This document shows, in pieces, positions 1 through 8,751 of a DNA stretch of 64,000 nt. The stretch is from Polyangiales bacterium (GTDB lineage: Bacteria > Myxococcota_A > Polyangia > Polyangiales > Polyangiaceae). Both the position numbers and the translations under genes were made by a program. The stretch spans positions 1-64,000 of the forward strand of contig JBBRLQ010000030.1 of the NCBI GenBank assembly GCA_038231275.1. Direction: 5' to 3'. The notes beneath the pieces are model-generated. The model did no database searches. It was not told the DNA's origin and saw only the letters and a list, made by a program, of their open reading frames with translations. The first letter of the stretch is position 1, and each line of letters begins with the position of its first letter.

Positions 1-117
1 CGCGCCCCCCGCCAGGGGCAAAGGAGAGGCGAGCCCGCCAAGCCGTGCGTATCGCCGGCGCGAGCGCGCCCCCCGCCAGGGGCAAAGGAGAGGCGAGCCC
101 GCCAAGCCGCGCGCCCC
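1..117. repeat. Direct repeat: identical 45-bp unit at 1-45 and 65-109, plus a partial third start at 110-117
   Basis: cgcgccccccgccaggggcaaaggagaggcgagcccgccaagccg occurs twice with a 19-bp gap. It contains a GCCCC-N6-GGGGC hairpin and is truncated by the window edge. Confidence 0.85.
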
Positions 118-118
118 G

Positions 119-1711
119 TCAGTATTGCGTCGTAACGAAATCCATCTTCGCGTTCGCAGGCCACGAGAGCCCGCGAACGTGACGGTCGACGCACGACGAG
201 ACCGCACCGTTGGGAGGTGACGTGTAGACGCTGACGCCGACGGCGCGCCCCATCTTGACGGCCACCTTGACGGTCACCTTCATCGAGTCGGGCGCCCCGC
301 AGCCGCTGATGAACGTCGCGTTCTTGAGGGGGCCGCCGAGCTGCGCGTTCGTCAAATCCGCGCCGCCGCCGCCGCCACCGATCGTGATTTGCTCGTTGTT
401 TGCGGCGAGCGCGGCCTCGAAGCTGCCGCCGCCCGTGAAGCCGCCGCCGCCGCCGCCACCACCGCCCGCGCCGCGTCCGCCCGCGCCGCGCCGTCGACCG
501 CCGCCGCCCTTGATGCCGCCGTCGATGTCGAGATCGAGCGCGCCCTCGTCCTCCACCGCGACCTCGTCGCTGCGGGAGCCGCGCACCTTGAGGAACCAGA
601 ACGCCGCGCCGCCGACGACCGCCCCGATGAGGAGCACGGCGATGACGACCTTGGCGACGCCGGATGTTTTCTCGGCCTTCTCGACGCGCGCGACCTCCTT
701 CTTCTCGGTCTGGATGTCGCGGGCCATCTGCGCATGCTTGGCGAACGGCGCGAACTCATCCCACTCGGCGATGGGGCGCGCCTGACCGGAGAGCTCGTCG
801 CGCAGCTCGTCGGTGCTGACGAACGTGTTGCTGGCGATCTGTTGGAGCAGCTCCACGGCGTTGAACGGGCCGTGATCCATGCGCTGCTTGTTCACGACGA
901 AACGCGGGCGCGGATCGGCTTCTAGGCGCGCCTTCAGCGTCGCGAGCTGCTGCGCGACGCTCGGCCCGCTCACGCGCGCTTGCGGGACGATCACCTGACC
1001 CAGCGGATCGCCGCTCGCCGCGCCGCCGTGCGCGACGCGAGGGAGCGACGGCGGCGGCGGCTCCGAGCGGTGCGGCGGGAGGATCGAGAGACGAACGTCG
1101 ATCGCCTGGCCGCCGGCCGTGTCGAGCGTCGACTCGTCGACGTCGGGCGGGTGGATGCTCTTCATCGGCGCGAGGTGGTGCATGGCGCTCGCGAGGGCGC
1201 CGAGATCTTCGGGGCGGCTCTTGGGATCGCCGACCAGGGCCTTCGACAGGAGCAGCTCGAGCGACGCCGGGAGCGTGGGATCGATCTCGCGGGGCCGGCG
1301 CATTCCGGGGCCGATCGTCGAGCCGGTCACCATCTCGTAGAGCATCGCGCCGATCGCGAAGACGCTGGCGCGCGAGTCGCCCGCCTCGAGCGTGCGCTGG
1401 AGCTCCGGGGCGAGGCACGCCTTGTCGCGCGCGTGGGTCGGGAGGACCGCGAGGTGCGGCATCAGCCGGGCGAGCCCGTCCTCACTCGGCGCGACGCACG
1501 AGGGGTGCACGTAGAGGCGCTCCCCACGGTCGTGCCGCTCCTTCAGGTCGAGGCAGAGCGGGACGACGGCGGCGATCGCCTCGTCGAGCGAGAGGGTATA
1601 GCCCTCGACTCGGCGCTGTTCGATGAGCGTGCGAAGGGTGGACACCGATGTAGAACCCGAGTGGCCTTTGGCCGTGTGCGGCGTGGACCGCGCCGGCGCG
1701 GAAGCAGACAT
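119..1711 (-). CDS. Membrane protein: degenerate Ser/Thr kinase C-lobe + GYF_2-like domain + TM + AgmX/TonB-C-like C-terminal domain
   Basis: CLAPE..DSRASVFAIGAMLYEMVTG (kinase subdomains VIII-IX); DHGPFNAVELLQQI..PIAEWDEF (GYF_2-like); TM VVIAVLLIGAVVGGAAFWFL; C-terminal GC..VKVAVKMGRAVGV..SCVDRHVRGLSWP. Confidence 0.7.
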   Translation of the reverse strand: MSASAPARSTPHTAKGHSGSTSVSTLRTLIEQRRVEGYTLSLDEAIAAVVPLCLDLKERHDRGERLYVHPSCVAPSEDGLARLMPHLAVLPTHARDKACLAPELQRTLEAGDSRASVFAIGAMLYEMVTGSTIGPGMRRPREIDPTLPASLELLLSKALVGDPKSRPEDLGALASAMHHLAPMKSIHPPDVDESTLDTAGGQAIDVRLSILPPHRSEPPPPSLPRVAHGGAASGDPLGQVIVPQARVSGPSVAQQLATLKARLEADPRPRFVVNKQRMDHGPFNAVELLQQIASNTFVSTDELRDELSGQARPIAEWDEFAPFAKHAQMARDIQTEKKEVARVEKAEKTSGVAKVVIAVLLIGAVVGGAAFWFLKVRGSRSDEVAVEDEGALDLDIDGGIKGGGGRRRGAGGRGAGGGGGGGGGFTGGGSFEAALAANNEQITIGGGGGGADLTNAQLGGPLKNATFISGCGAPDSMKVTVKVAVKMGRAVGVSVYTSPPNGAVSSCVDRHVRGLSWPANAKMDFVTTQY

Positions 1712-1793
1712 AGAGCGGGAGTCTACGCAGGCTGGCCCCCTTCCTCAATGGTCGGCAGGTGGGTCGTGCGCGCTCCTGAGGTGCGAGGAATAC

Positions 1794-3983
1794 CTACGTG
1801 CGCGCGTCGTCCTTGCCGGTCCGCTTGGCGGGCTCGGCGACCACGGTCCGCCCGCCGATGATCTGGCCGGCGAGCGCCTCCACGGCGCGCGTGACGGAGT
1901 CCTTTCGGACGCTCACGAAGGTGTTTCGGTCGCGGATGCGGATGCGGCCGGTGTCCTTCTTCTCGATGCCGCGCCCTTCGAGGATCTTCGTGAAGTCGCC
2001 GGGGGTCGCACCGTCGCGGCGCCCTACGCTGACGAAGATCTGGGCGAAGTCGGCCTCGTCCTCGCCGAACGGCTCGCGGCCACGATCGCCGCGGTCGCCG
2101 CGGTCTCCACGATCGCCGCCGCTGCTCCGCCCGCCGCGGTCGCCGCCGCCGCTCCGTCCGCCGCGATCGCCGAACGATTCGCGCGCGCGTGCGGCGGGGG
2201 CGGTGGGCGCGCCCGTGGAGACCGGCTCCTCGGTGAAGCCAGGAAGGTCCGGCATCTCCGCGCCAGGAATTCCGGGGGGCGCGTCGGTGTCGTGGCTCGC
2301 GTGCTTCGCGAGGATCGGGCTGTCGTCGTCCTTCTCGGTCGGCGGCTCCCACGTCGCGTAGCTCGCGACGGGGACGCGCCGGTCCTTGGTGGCGGTCTCT
2401 TTTGTCGTGTCGCGAGGACGCGCGTCGGCGGGCGGGGCGTTGCCACGCTTGCGATCCGATCGCTCGCGATCGCGCTCGCGGGTGAGGGCCGGGCCGCCTT
2501 GACCGCGCGGGCTACGGCTAACGCTCGCCCCCGCCGCGACCGGCATCGTCGCTCCAACGGCTGCGACGGGCGACGCCGCGGTAACGACCGCCATCGGCTC
2601 GGGGTTCTTCGCGCGCCGCGCCTCGCCGGCCAGCTGCACGGGATCGCCCGGGCGCGCGCCGAGGTGATCGCGCACGAGACCGGCGATGATCCGCTCGGCC
2701 CCTTCGTGCGTGAGGAGGCGCCGCGCGAGCGCGAGATCGTCCGGGTGCGCGGGGCGCGTCGAGAACGCGTCGGCGAACATCGCGACGAGATCCGTCTCCG
2801 CGCGCGTCTTGAGCTCGCCCTGCGTCGGGATCTGCTTCTCGATCGGGCGAATCTTGTAAGTGAGCCGGAGGATGTAGAGGTTGCCGATGTCCTTCGGCCC
2901 GATCAGCGAGATCGCCGTTCCCGTACGACCGGCGCGCCCGGTGCGGCCCGTACGGTGGACGTACTGCTCCGCCGCCTCCGGAAAATCCGCGTTGATGACG
3001 TGCGTCAAGTGCGAGATGTCGATCCCGCGTGCGGCGACGTCGGTCGCGACGAGGAAGCGGATCTTGCCCTCGCGTGTCGCCTGCATGATGCGCTCGCGCT
3101 CGCGCTGCTCGAGGTCGCCGTTGAGCCAGTCGGCGTCGTAGCCCTGGTTCTTCAAGACCTCGGCGACGCGCTCGGTCTCGTCCTTCGTGTTGCAGAAGAC
3201 GATCGCGCTCTCGGGATCCTCGACCTCGATGATGCGGACGAGATCGCCGCGCTTGTCCCCGCCGCGCGACATGTAGACGAAGTGCTCGACCTCGAGCGCG
3301 CCGACCTGATCGCTGGAGAGCGTGATGAACTCCGGATCCTTCAGCTGCGCCTGCGCCATCCGCTCGATGTCCGGCGGGATCGTCGCGCTGAAGAACAGCC
3401 CCTGGCGCTCCTTGGGGAGCATCTCCGCGATGGCGTGGAGCTCCTTCGCGAAGCCCATCGAGAGCATCTCATCGGCCTCGTCGAGGACGAAGATCTTGAT
3501 GTTCGACGGGTCGAGCGTGCCGCGGCGGAGGTGGTCGAGGACGCGCCCCGGCGTGCCGCTGACGATCTGCGCGCCTTGCTCGAGCGCCTCGATCTGCTTG
3601 CCCATCGGCGCGCCGCCGTAGATGGGGACGATCTTGATGCCCTTGAACTGTCCGAGCTGCTCCATCTCGCGCGCGATCTGGAGCGCGAGCTCGCGGGTCG
3701 GCGTGAGGCAGAGGGCCTGCACTTTGGGGAGGCCCTTCTTGACGAGCGCGTCGACGATCGGCAGCCCAAACGCGCCCGTCTTTCCGGTGCCGGTGCGCGC
3801 CTGCACGACGAGGTTGCGACCGCGCGTGGCGGGCTCGAAGACGGCGCGCTGCACCGGCGTCGGGTGCGTCCATCCGAGGGTATCGACGGCCTTGCGGACT
3901 TCCGGGCTCAGGGGCAGCACGTCGAACGTCGGGGGCGGTGCGGGGGCCGGGGATTGCGCGTCGGACATCGTGGGGGCGGTCAT
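1794..3983 (-). CDS. deaD: DEAD-box RNA helicase (DeaD/CsdA-like) with DbpA-type RNA-binding C-terminus
   Basis: Q motif, ARTGTGKT, PTRELA, TPGR, DEAD, SAT, ARGID, HRTGRTGRAG; RG-rich linker; C-terminal IFVSVGRRDG. Confidence 0.92.
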   Translation of the reverse strand: MTAPTMSDAQSPAPAPPPTFDVLPLSPEVRKAVDTLGWTHPTPVQRAVFEPATRGRNLVVQARTGTGKTGAFGLPIVDALVKKGLPKVQALCLTPTRELALQIAREMEQLGQFKGIKIVPIYGGAPMGKQIEALEQGAQIVSGTPGRVLDHLRRGTLDPSNIKIFVLDEADEMLSMGFAKELHAIAEMLPKERQGLFFSATIPPDIERMAQAQLKDPEFITLSSDQVGALEVEHFVYMSRGGDKRGDLVRIIEVEDPESAIVFCNTKDETERVAEVLKNQGYDADWLNGDLEQRERERIMQATREGKIRFLVATDVAARGIDISHLTHVINADFPEAAEQYVHRTGRTGRAGRTGTAISLIGPKDIGNLYILRLTYKIRPIEKQIPTQGELKTRAETDLVAMFADAFSTRPAHPDDLALARRLLTHEGAERIIAGLVRDHLGARPGDPVQLAGEARRAKNPEPMAVVTAASPVAAVGATMPVAAGASVSRSPRGQGGPALTRERDRERSDRKRGNAPPADARPRDTTKETATKDRRVPVASYATWEPPTEKDDDSPILAKHASHDTDAPPGIPGAEMPDLPGFTEEPVSTGAPTAPAARARESFGDRGGRSGGGDRGGRSSGGDRGDRGDRGDRGREPFGEDEADFAQIFVSVGRRDGATPGDFTKILEGRGIEKKDTGRIRIRDRNTFVSVRKDSVTRAVEALAGQIIGGRTVVAEPAKRTGKDDART

Positions 3984-4031
3984 AGTCCAAACGCCGCGGT
4001 ATTTCCCGAATATTTCGCGCAGGCCCGGTCG

Positions 4032-4508
4032 CTACGGCTTGGCCCCCGAGAGGCGCGCCACGTCGGCCCGGAGCGGCTCGACGAGCACCGCCCGGCGCCC
4101 CGCTTCGCCCTCCTCGGCGCGCTTGAGCCGCAGCAACGCCGCCCATGCTTCCGCGCCGTTGGCGTCGCCCGTACAGGTGGCCGCGAGGGCCGGCTCCCGG
4201 TCCCACTCCGGCGTGAGGGCGGCGTCCAGGCGCGCCACGGCGTCTTTCTCGTCCCGCGCCGAGCTCGACGCCACGACGCCGCGATCGAGGGCTTTGAGTA
4301 GGTCGCGGATCCCGTCCGCGCAAGCCCTACCGGGGCTCCCGGCGGGGGCGCTCGTGATCGGCGCCTCGCGAAGACCGAAGACGCCCGTGACGATCTCGCG
4401 CACGCAGAGGAGGACGAAGCTCGCGGCGAACGCGACATAGAGCCCGTAGACGGCCGTCCGGATGCGTGCGCCCCGCGTCGGGCGCTTCTGTGGCGAAGCG
4501 TCGCTCAC
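4032..4508 (-). CDS. Hypothetical membrane-anchored protein
   Basis: N-terminal hydrophobic helix and helical body; TAAGCT lies 7 nt before the GTG. Confidence 0.65.
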   Translation of the reverse strand: MSDASPQKRPTRGARIRTAVYGLYVAFAASFVLLCVREIVTGVFGLREAPITSAPAGSPGRACADGIRDLLKALDRGVVASSSARDEKDAVARLDAALTPEWDREPALAATCTGDANGAEAWAALLRLKRAEEGEAGRRAVLVEPLRADVARLSGAKP

Positions 4509-4569
4509 GGCGGGGAGCTTACGCTTCTTTTCTTGATGACGCCTCGCAACCTGATGCTAGCTGAGGCGC

Positions 4570-5142
4570 ATGACGACGCGGAAGGCCCGCCCCCTCGAGG
4601 GTCAGGTGGCGCTGGTGACGGGCGGTGGCAAGGGAATCGGTCGCGCGATCGCGCTGGCTCTCTCCGCGCGCGGGGTGCGCGTGGTCGTGACGGGGCGGAC
4701 CGAGCGCGCGCTCGGCGAGGTGGTCGGCGAGATCGCGAACGCCGGCGGCAAGGCGCGCCACCTGGCGGGCGACGTGCGCGATCCGGCCCATCTCGAGGCC
4801 GCCGTCGCGCGCGCGCTCTCGGTCTTCGGCGCGCTCGACATCGCGGTCTCCAACGCGGGCCCTCCCGGTCCGCTCTTCGCCGCCGCGGAGGTCGCGATGA
4901 AGGGCCCGGGGCGCCTCCTCGCCATCGCCAACACCCAGGCGATCGATCCGAGCGTCGCCGCCGCCGCCCGCGAGCTCGCGCCGCGCGGCATCACCTCCAA
5001 CGCGCTCCATCCTTCCTGGATCGATGCCGGACCGTTCCTCGAGCCCGAGGACGTCGCCGAGGTCGCGGTCTTCTTGTGCACGAGCGCAGCCGATCGCATC
5101 ACCGGCCAGTCCATCTCATTGTGCGGGCGGAGCGGCGGCTGA
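4570..5142 (+). CDS. Short SDR-fold NAD(P)-binding protein lacking the YxxxK motif
   Basis: VALVTGGGKGIG, DVRD, NAG, PEDVA..ITGQSI are present; only 190 aa and no Tyr. Confidence 0.8.
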   Translation: MTTRKARPLEGQVALVTGGGKGIGRAIALALSARGVRVVVTGRTERALGEVVGEIANAGGKARHLAGDVRDPAHLEAAVARALSVFGALDIAVSNAGPPGPLFAAAEVAMKGPGRLLAIANTQAIDPSVAAAARELAPRGITSNALHPSWIDAGPFLEPEDVAEVAVFLCTSAADRITGQSISLCGRSGG

Positions 5143-5156
5143 TGTAAGCTCCGCCC

Positions 5157-5723
5157 GTGGTAGCGGGAAAGGAAGGCCGAGCGCTATGGGCGAGCGAGGT
5201 CGCCGTGAGCGACGCCGTCGGCCGGCTCATCGAGTTCTGGGGCTTCAAGCGGAACATGGGGCGCATCTGGGCCGTGCTCTACTTGTCGCCCGAACCGCTC
5301 AGCGCGGAGGATCTTCGGCTCGCGCTACGCCTGTCGAGCGGCGCGGTGAGCATGACCCTGAGCGAGCTCTCCCGGTGGGGCGTCGTTCGCAAGGTGTGGG
5401 TTCAAGGTGAGCGGAAGGATTTCTACACGGCGGAGGTGCAGCTTTGGCGCATGATCTCGCGCGTCCTCGGCGAGCGGGAGAAGGCCGAGGTGCTCCACGC
5501 GATCGATGCCTTCGAGGAGGCGCTGGCCTCCGTCGAGCGGCACCCTCGCCCCCACGACACGAAGACGCGCGCGAAGCTGGATCTCCAGCGCGAGCGCATC
5601 GGACAACTCCTGGAGTTGTCCAAGCTGGGCAAGGGCTTGATCGAAACGCTCATCGCGGCGGCGCGCCTCGACGCGAGCCCCCTCGTGCGCTTCGTCTTCG
5701 GGCGAACGCGGCCGGAGTCCTGA
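5157..5723 (+). CDS. GbsR/MarR-family transcriptional regulator
   Basis: WGFKRNMGRIWAVLYLS..LSAEDL..LSSGAVSMTLSELSRWGVVR..GERKDFY winged HTH. Confidence 0.85.
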   Translation: MVAGKEGRALWASEVAVSDAVGRLIEFWGFKRNMGRIWAVLYLSPEPLSAEDLRLALRLSSGAVSMTLSELSRWGVVRKVWVQGERKDFYTAEVQLWRMISRVLGEREKAEVLHAIDAFEEALASVERHPRPHDTKTRAKLDLQRERIGQLLELSKLGKGLIETLIAAARLDASPLVRFVFGRTRPES

Positions 5724-7153
5724 CCGCCCTCGCGGCCCTTCTCTCGTCTACCGCGTCGCGCGCTGCCGATCCGCCGCCCGTCACGCGCAACGACTTCGCG
5801 CTCGAGTTCATCACCGGACCGCTGATCGCTCCCACGCGCGTCACCGGCTTCGCCGGCGCGTTCAACGCCGCGGCCGAGTCGGTCGACGGCGGTCCCGTCA
5901 ACGCCGCCGCCCCCGCCGTCCGAGAACCGTTCAGCTACGACTGGTTCGACTACGATCTGAACTTCGACATCTCGTTCCCCGGCGCGTACGGCGGCACCGA
6001 TTTCGACAACCGCGGCCAGCGCGCGAACAAGGACACCGTCGTCACCGTCAACAGCTTCCTCTACTTGAACCTCGGCGCGCAGCTCCAGTTCGGCGAGCTC
6101 GGCACCAGCGTGAACGCAGAATTTCTTCAGTATTCCATCGCGCCGCCCGGCGCGGGGACGCCAGGGCTCGATCTCACGCTCGGCCGCTACCACGCGCTCG
6201 GCGCGTACGGCCTCGCCGGCAACCAGATCGCGGTCGGCGCAGGCCTCCGTGGCGTCACCGCGCAGATCGCGCAAAACGGCGGGGGACAGTCGACGCGCAC
6301 CCTCCTCACGATGACCGGCGCGTCGCCCGAGGTCGGCGCGATCATCAAGCCGGACAACCTGCCGTGGCGCATCGGTGTCACCGCGCGCGCCCCGGTGAGC
6401 GGAAAATCGTTCGGCAACGGCGCGGTGCAGCAGGACGCAAACGGCGTCCTTCGCGTGGGCCAGTTCATCCTGCCGTCCAAGGTCGTTTTGCCGTGGGAGC
6501 TCGAGGCCGGCTTCGCACTGCAGCTCGGCCCGCGCCCGCTCAACCCCAAGTGGATCAACCCCCACGACGTCGAACGCCCGCTCACCGATCGCACCCAGAT
6601 CCTCCGTCAGGCGCGCGCCCAGGCGCACGCGCGCGAGCTCGAGCAGCTCCCGCCCGCCGCGCGCGAGAAGCGCAAAGGCGAGATGGTCCGCGAGGAAGCG
6701 GCGATCCGCGAGATCGAGGACATGCACCTCTCCGCCGACTCGCAGCGCCTCCGCGACGTGCGAAAGGCGCGCTACGAGAACTGGCCGCGCGAGCGCCTCC
6801 TCATCCTTGCGAGCGTCCTCGTCGCCGGACCGAGCGACAACGCCGTCGCGATGGAGGGCTTCCTCGAGCAGAAGCTCGACTACGTAGGCCGCTCCGCCTC
6901 GGTCACGCCGCACCTCGGCTTCGAGAGCGAGCCCATCGTGAACTTTCTCCGCGCGCGCGTGGGCAGCTACCTCGAGCCGTCGCGCTTCGTCGACGGCAAC
7001 GCGCGCCAGCACTTCACGTTCGGCGCGGATTTTCGGCTGCTCCCGTGGAGCGGGTGGGGTCTCTTCGGCGACCAGGTCTGGCGCGCGAGCTTCGCGGCCG
7101 ATCTGGGGCCCCGCTACGCGAACTGGGGGTTCGGCATCGCGGCGTGGCACTGA
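5720..7153 (+). CDS. Putative outer-membrane beta-barrel protein; start uncertain (ORF open from 5444)
   Basis: Signal-like LTALAALLSSTASRA, amphipathic beta-strands, C-terminal NWGFGIAAWH; codon usage is typical from about 5720. Confidence 0.6.
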   Translation: MTALAALLSSTASRAADPPPVTRNDFALEFITGPLIAPTRVTGFAGAFNAAAESVDGGPVNAAAPAVREPFSYDWFDYDLNFDISFPGAYGGTDFDNRGQRANKDTVVTVNSFLYLNLGAQLQFGELGTSVNAEFLQYSIAPPGAGTPGLDLTLGRYHALGAYGLAGNQIAVGAGLRGVTAQIAQNGGGQSTRTLLTMTGASPEVGAIIKPDNLPWRIGVTARAPVSGKSFGNGAVQQDANGVLRVGQFILPSKVVLPWELEAGFALQLGPRPLNPKWINPHDVERPLTDRTQILRQARAQAHARELEQLPPAAREKRKGEMVREEAAIREIEDMHLSADSQRLRDVRKARYENWPRERLLILASVLVAGPSDNAVAMEGFLEQKLDYVGRSASVTPHLGFESEPIVNFLRARVGSYLEPSRFVDGNARQHFTFGADFRLLPWSGWGLFGDQVWRASFAADLGPRYANWGFGIAAWH

Positions 7154-8628
7154 ACTGCGGTGCCGTTCGTCGCGGTCTTTGGCTCGTCGTACACGTCGTC
7201 GCTCGCAGGCGTCGCGGGGGCTTTTGCGGCCTCTGGCTCGCGGGTAGATGCGACGCGGTTACGTCCCCCGGCCTTCGCGTCGTACATCGCGCGATCGGCG
7301 CGATCGATGAGCGCGTCCGGCGTGTCGCCGCGGCGCCACGTCGCGAGGCCGATCGACGCCGTGATCGGCAGCGGGCGCGCCTCCGGGTCGAAGACGCTCA
7401 TCTTCTCGATCGCCGCACGGAGCCGCTCGCCGGCGACGCGCGCACCGTCGGCGTCGCTGTTGTAGAGGAGAACCAGGAACTCTTCGCCGCCCCATCGCCC
7501 GACGAGGTCACCCTTGCGGGCGAAGCCCTTCAAGAGGCGGCCGGTCGTCGCGAGGACGGCGTCGCCCGTCGAGTGGCCGAAGCGATCGTTGACCTGCTTG
7601 AAGTGGTCGACGTCGAGCAGCATGACCGAGAGCGGGTGGCCGTGACGATCGGTGCGTGCCAGCTCCGTGCTCATCGTCTCGAGGAAGGCGCGCCGGTTCA
7701 TCAGCGTGGTGAGGGGATCGATCGTCGCGAGGCGCTGCGATTCTTCGACGAGCGAGGCCATGCGCAGGGGCCCGGCGAGCTCGCGTGCGATGACGGCGGC
7801 GAAGGTCTCGTCCTGGGCGTGACGCGGCTCGCGTACGGCGAGCGCGAGGTGGCCGAGGAGCGTCCCGCCGAGCGTGATCGGAGCCACGATGGGCGACGGC
7901 CCCTCGACATCGTCGAACGCATCCTCGTCGATCACGTCGATGAGCACGGCGTCCTCCGCCAGGCCCAGCGCCGCCCGGGCTTCCGCCTCCGCCTTCGCGC
8001 GCACGGCGGGGTGCGCGTGCAGGCCGATGCGCGCCGGCGCGACCGTCGACACGGCCAGCCACCGGTAGCTCGTCACCTGGCTCACGAACTGCGAGAGCAG
8101 ATCGAAGAGGCGATCGAACGCGCCGCACGTCCCGAGCGCGCGCACTTCGGCGGCGAGCACCGACTCGAAGAGCGCCCGGTCGAGGTGGGCGGCGATGCGA
8201 TCGCGGATGTCCGTCTTGTCCGCGCTGAGGTCGCAGAAGAACGACTCGTTGAGGGGCGTGGCCGCGATGGCGCGCTCGAGAGCACGCACCAGATCGCCCA
8301 TGCGCCCGCGCGTCACGTACGCCGCGGCTCCTGCGCGCTCGGCCCAGAAGCGGTTACGCTGCCCGTCGGGCCCCCGCAGGATCACCGGCACGAACTCGGT
8401 CGCCGGCTCGGCGCGGAGGAGGCGGCATAGCTGCACGCCCGAGACGCTCGGCATCCAGAGGTTTCCGACGACCGCGGCGGGCGGATCGGCGAGCGCCGCG
8501 CGCGCGCCATCGGCGGCGTTGGGCGCCTCGGTGACCTGGTAACCCTGCATGCGCAGGCGATCGGCCAGGTTCGAGTGTCCCTCGTCGTCCGGGTCGATCA
8601 GGATGATCCGGCGCTCACTATTCGGCAT
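7114..8628 (-). CDS. Diguanylate cyclase with atypical N-terminal receiver domain
   Basis: DPLTTLMNRR, DVDHFKQVNDRFGH, RKGD-LVGRW-GGEEF, YDAKAGGRNRV; REC-like N-terminus. Confidence 0.92.
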   Translation of the reverse strand: MPNSERRIILIDPDDEGHSNLADRLRMQGYQVTEAPNAADGARAALADPPAAVVGNLWMPSVSGVQLCRLLRAEPATEFVPVILRGPDGQRNRFWAERAGAAAYVTRGRMGDLVRALERAIAATPLNESFFCDLSADKTDIRDRIAAHLDRALFESVLAAEVRALGTCGAFDRLFDLLSQFVSQVTSYRWLAVSTVAPARIGLHAHPAVRAKAEAEARAALGLAEDAVLIDVIDEDAFDDVEGPSPIVAPITLGGTLLGHLALAVREPRHAQDETFAAVIARELAGPLRMASLVEESQRLATIDPLTTLMNRRAFLETMSTELARTDRHGHPLSVMLLDVDHFKQVNDRFGHSTGDAVLATTGRLLKGFARKGDLVGRWGGEEFLVLLYNSDADGARVAGERLRAAIEKMSVFDPEARPLPITASIGLATWRRGDTPDALIDRADRAMYDAKAGGRNRVASTREPEAAKAPATPASDDVYDEPKTATNGTAVQCHAAMPNPQFA

Positions 8629-8751
8629 GTGCCCACGAAAACGACCGTTTCGCAGGAACCATGAGGCCCCACCGGGCGATCCCGCAGAGAGAGGTGCTCG
8701 ACGGTGGCGGGCGCGGCGTGTGCGGGCGTGTCGGCGTCCTGCCGCGGCCGG

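Noticed and set aside
1..117. CRISPR array
   Set aside because: Only two full repeats, a 19-bp spacer that is too short, and no cas genes in the window. It cannot be fully excluded without the upstream sequence.
2070..2175. Short tandem repeats inside deaD
   Set aside because: They encode an ordinary GDRG/RGG low-complexity linker
1623..4301. 892-aa plus-strand ORF
   Set aside because: Antisense shadow of deaD, typical of high-GC DNA, with no motifs
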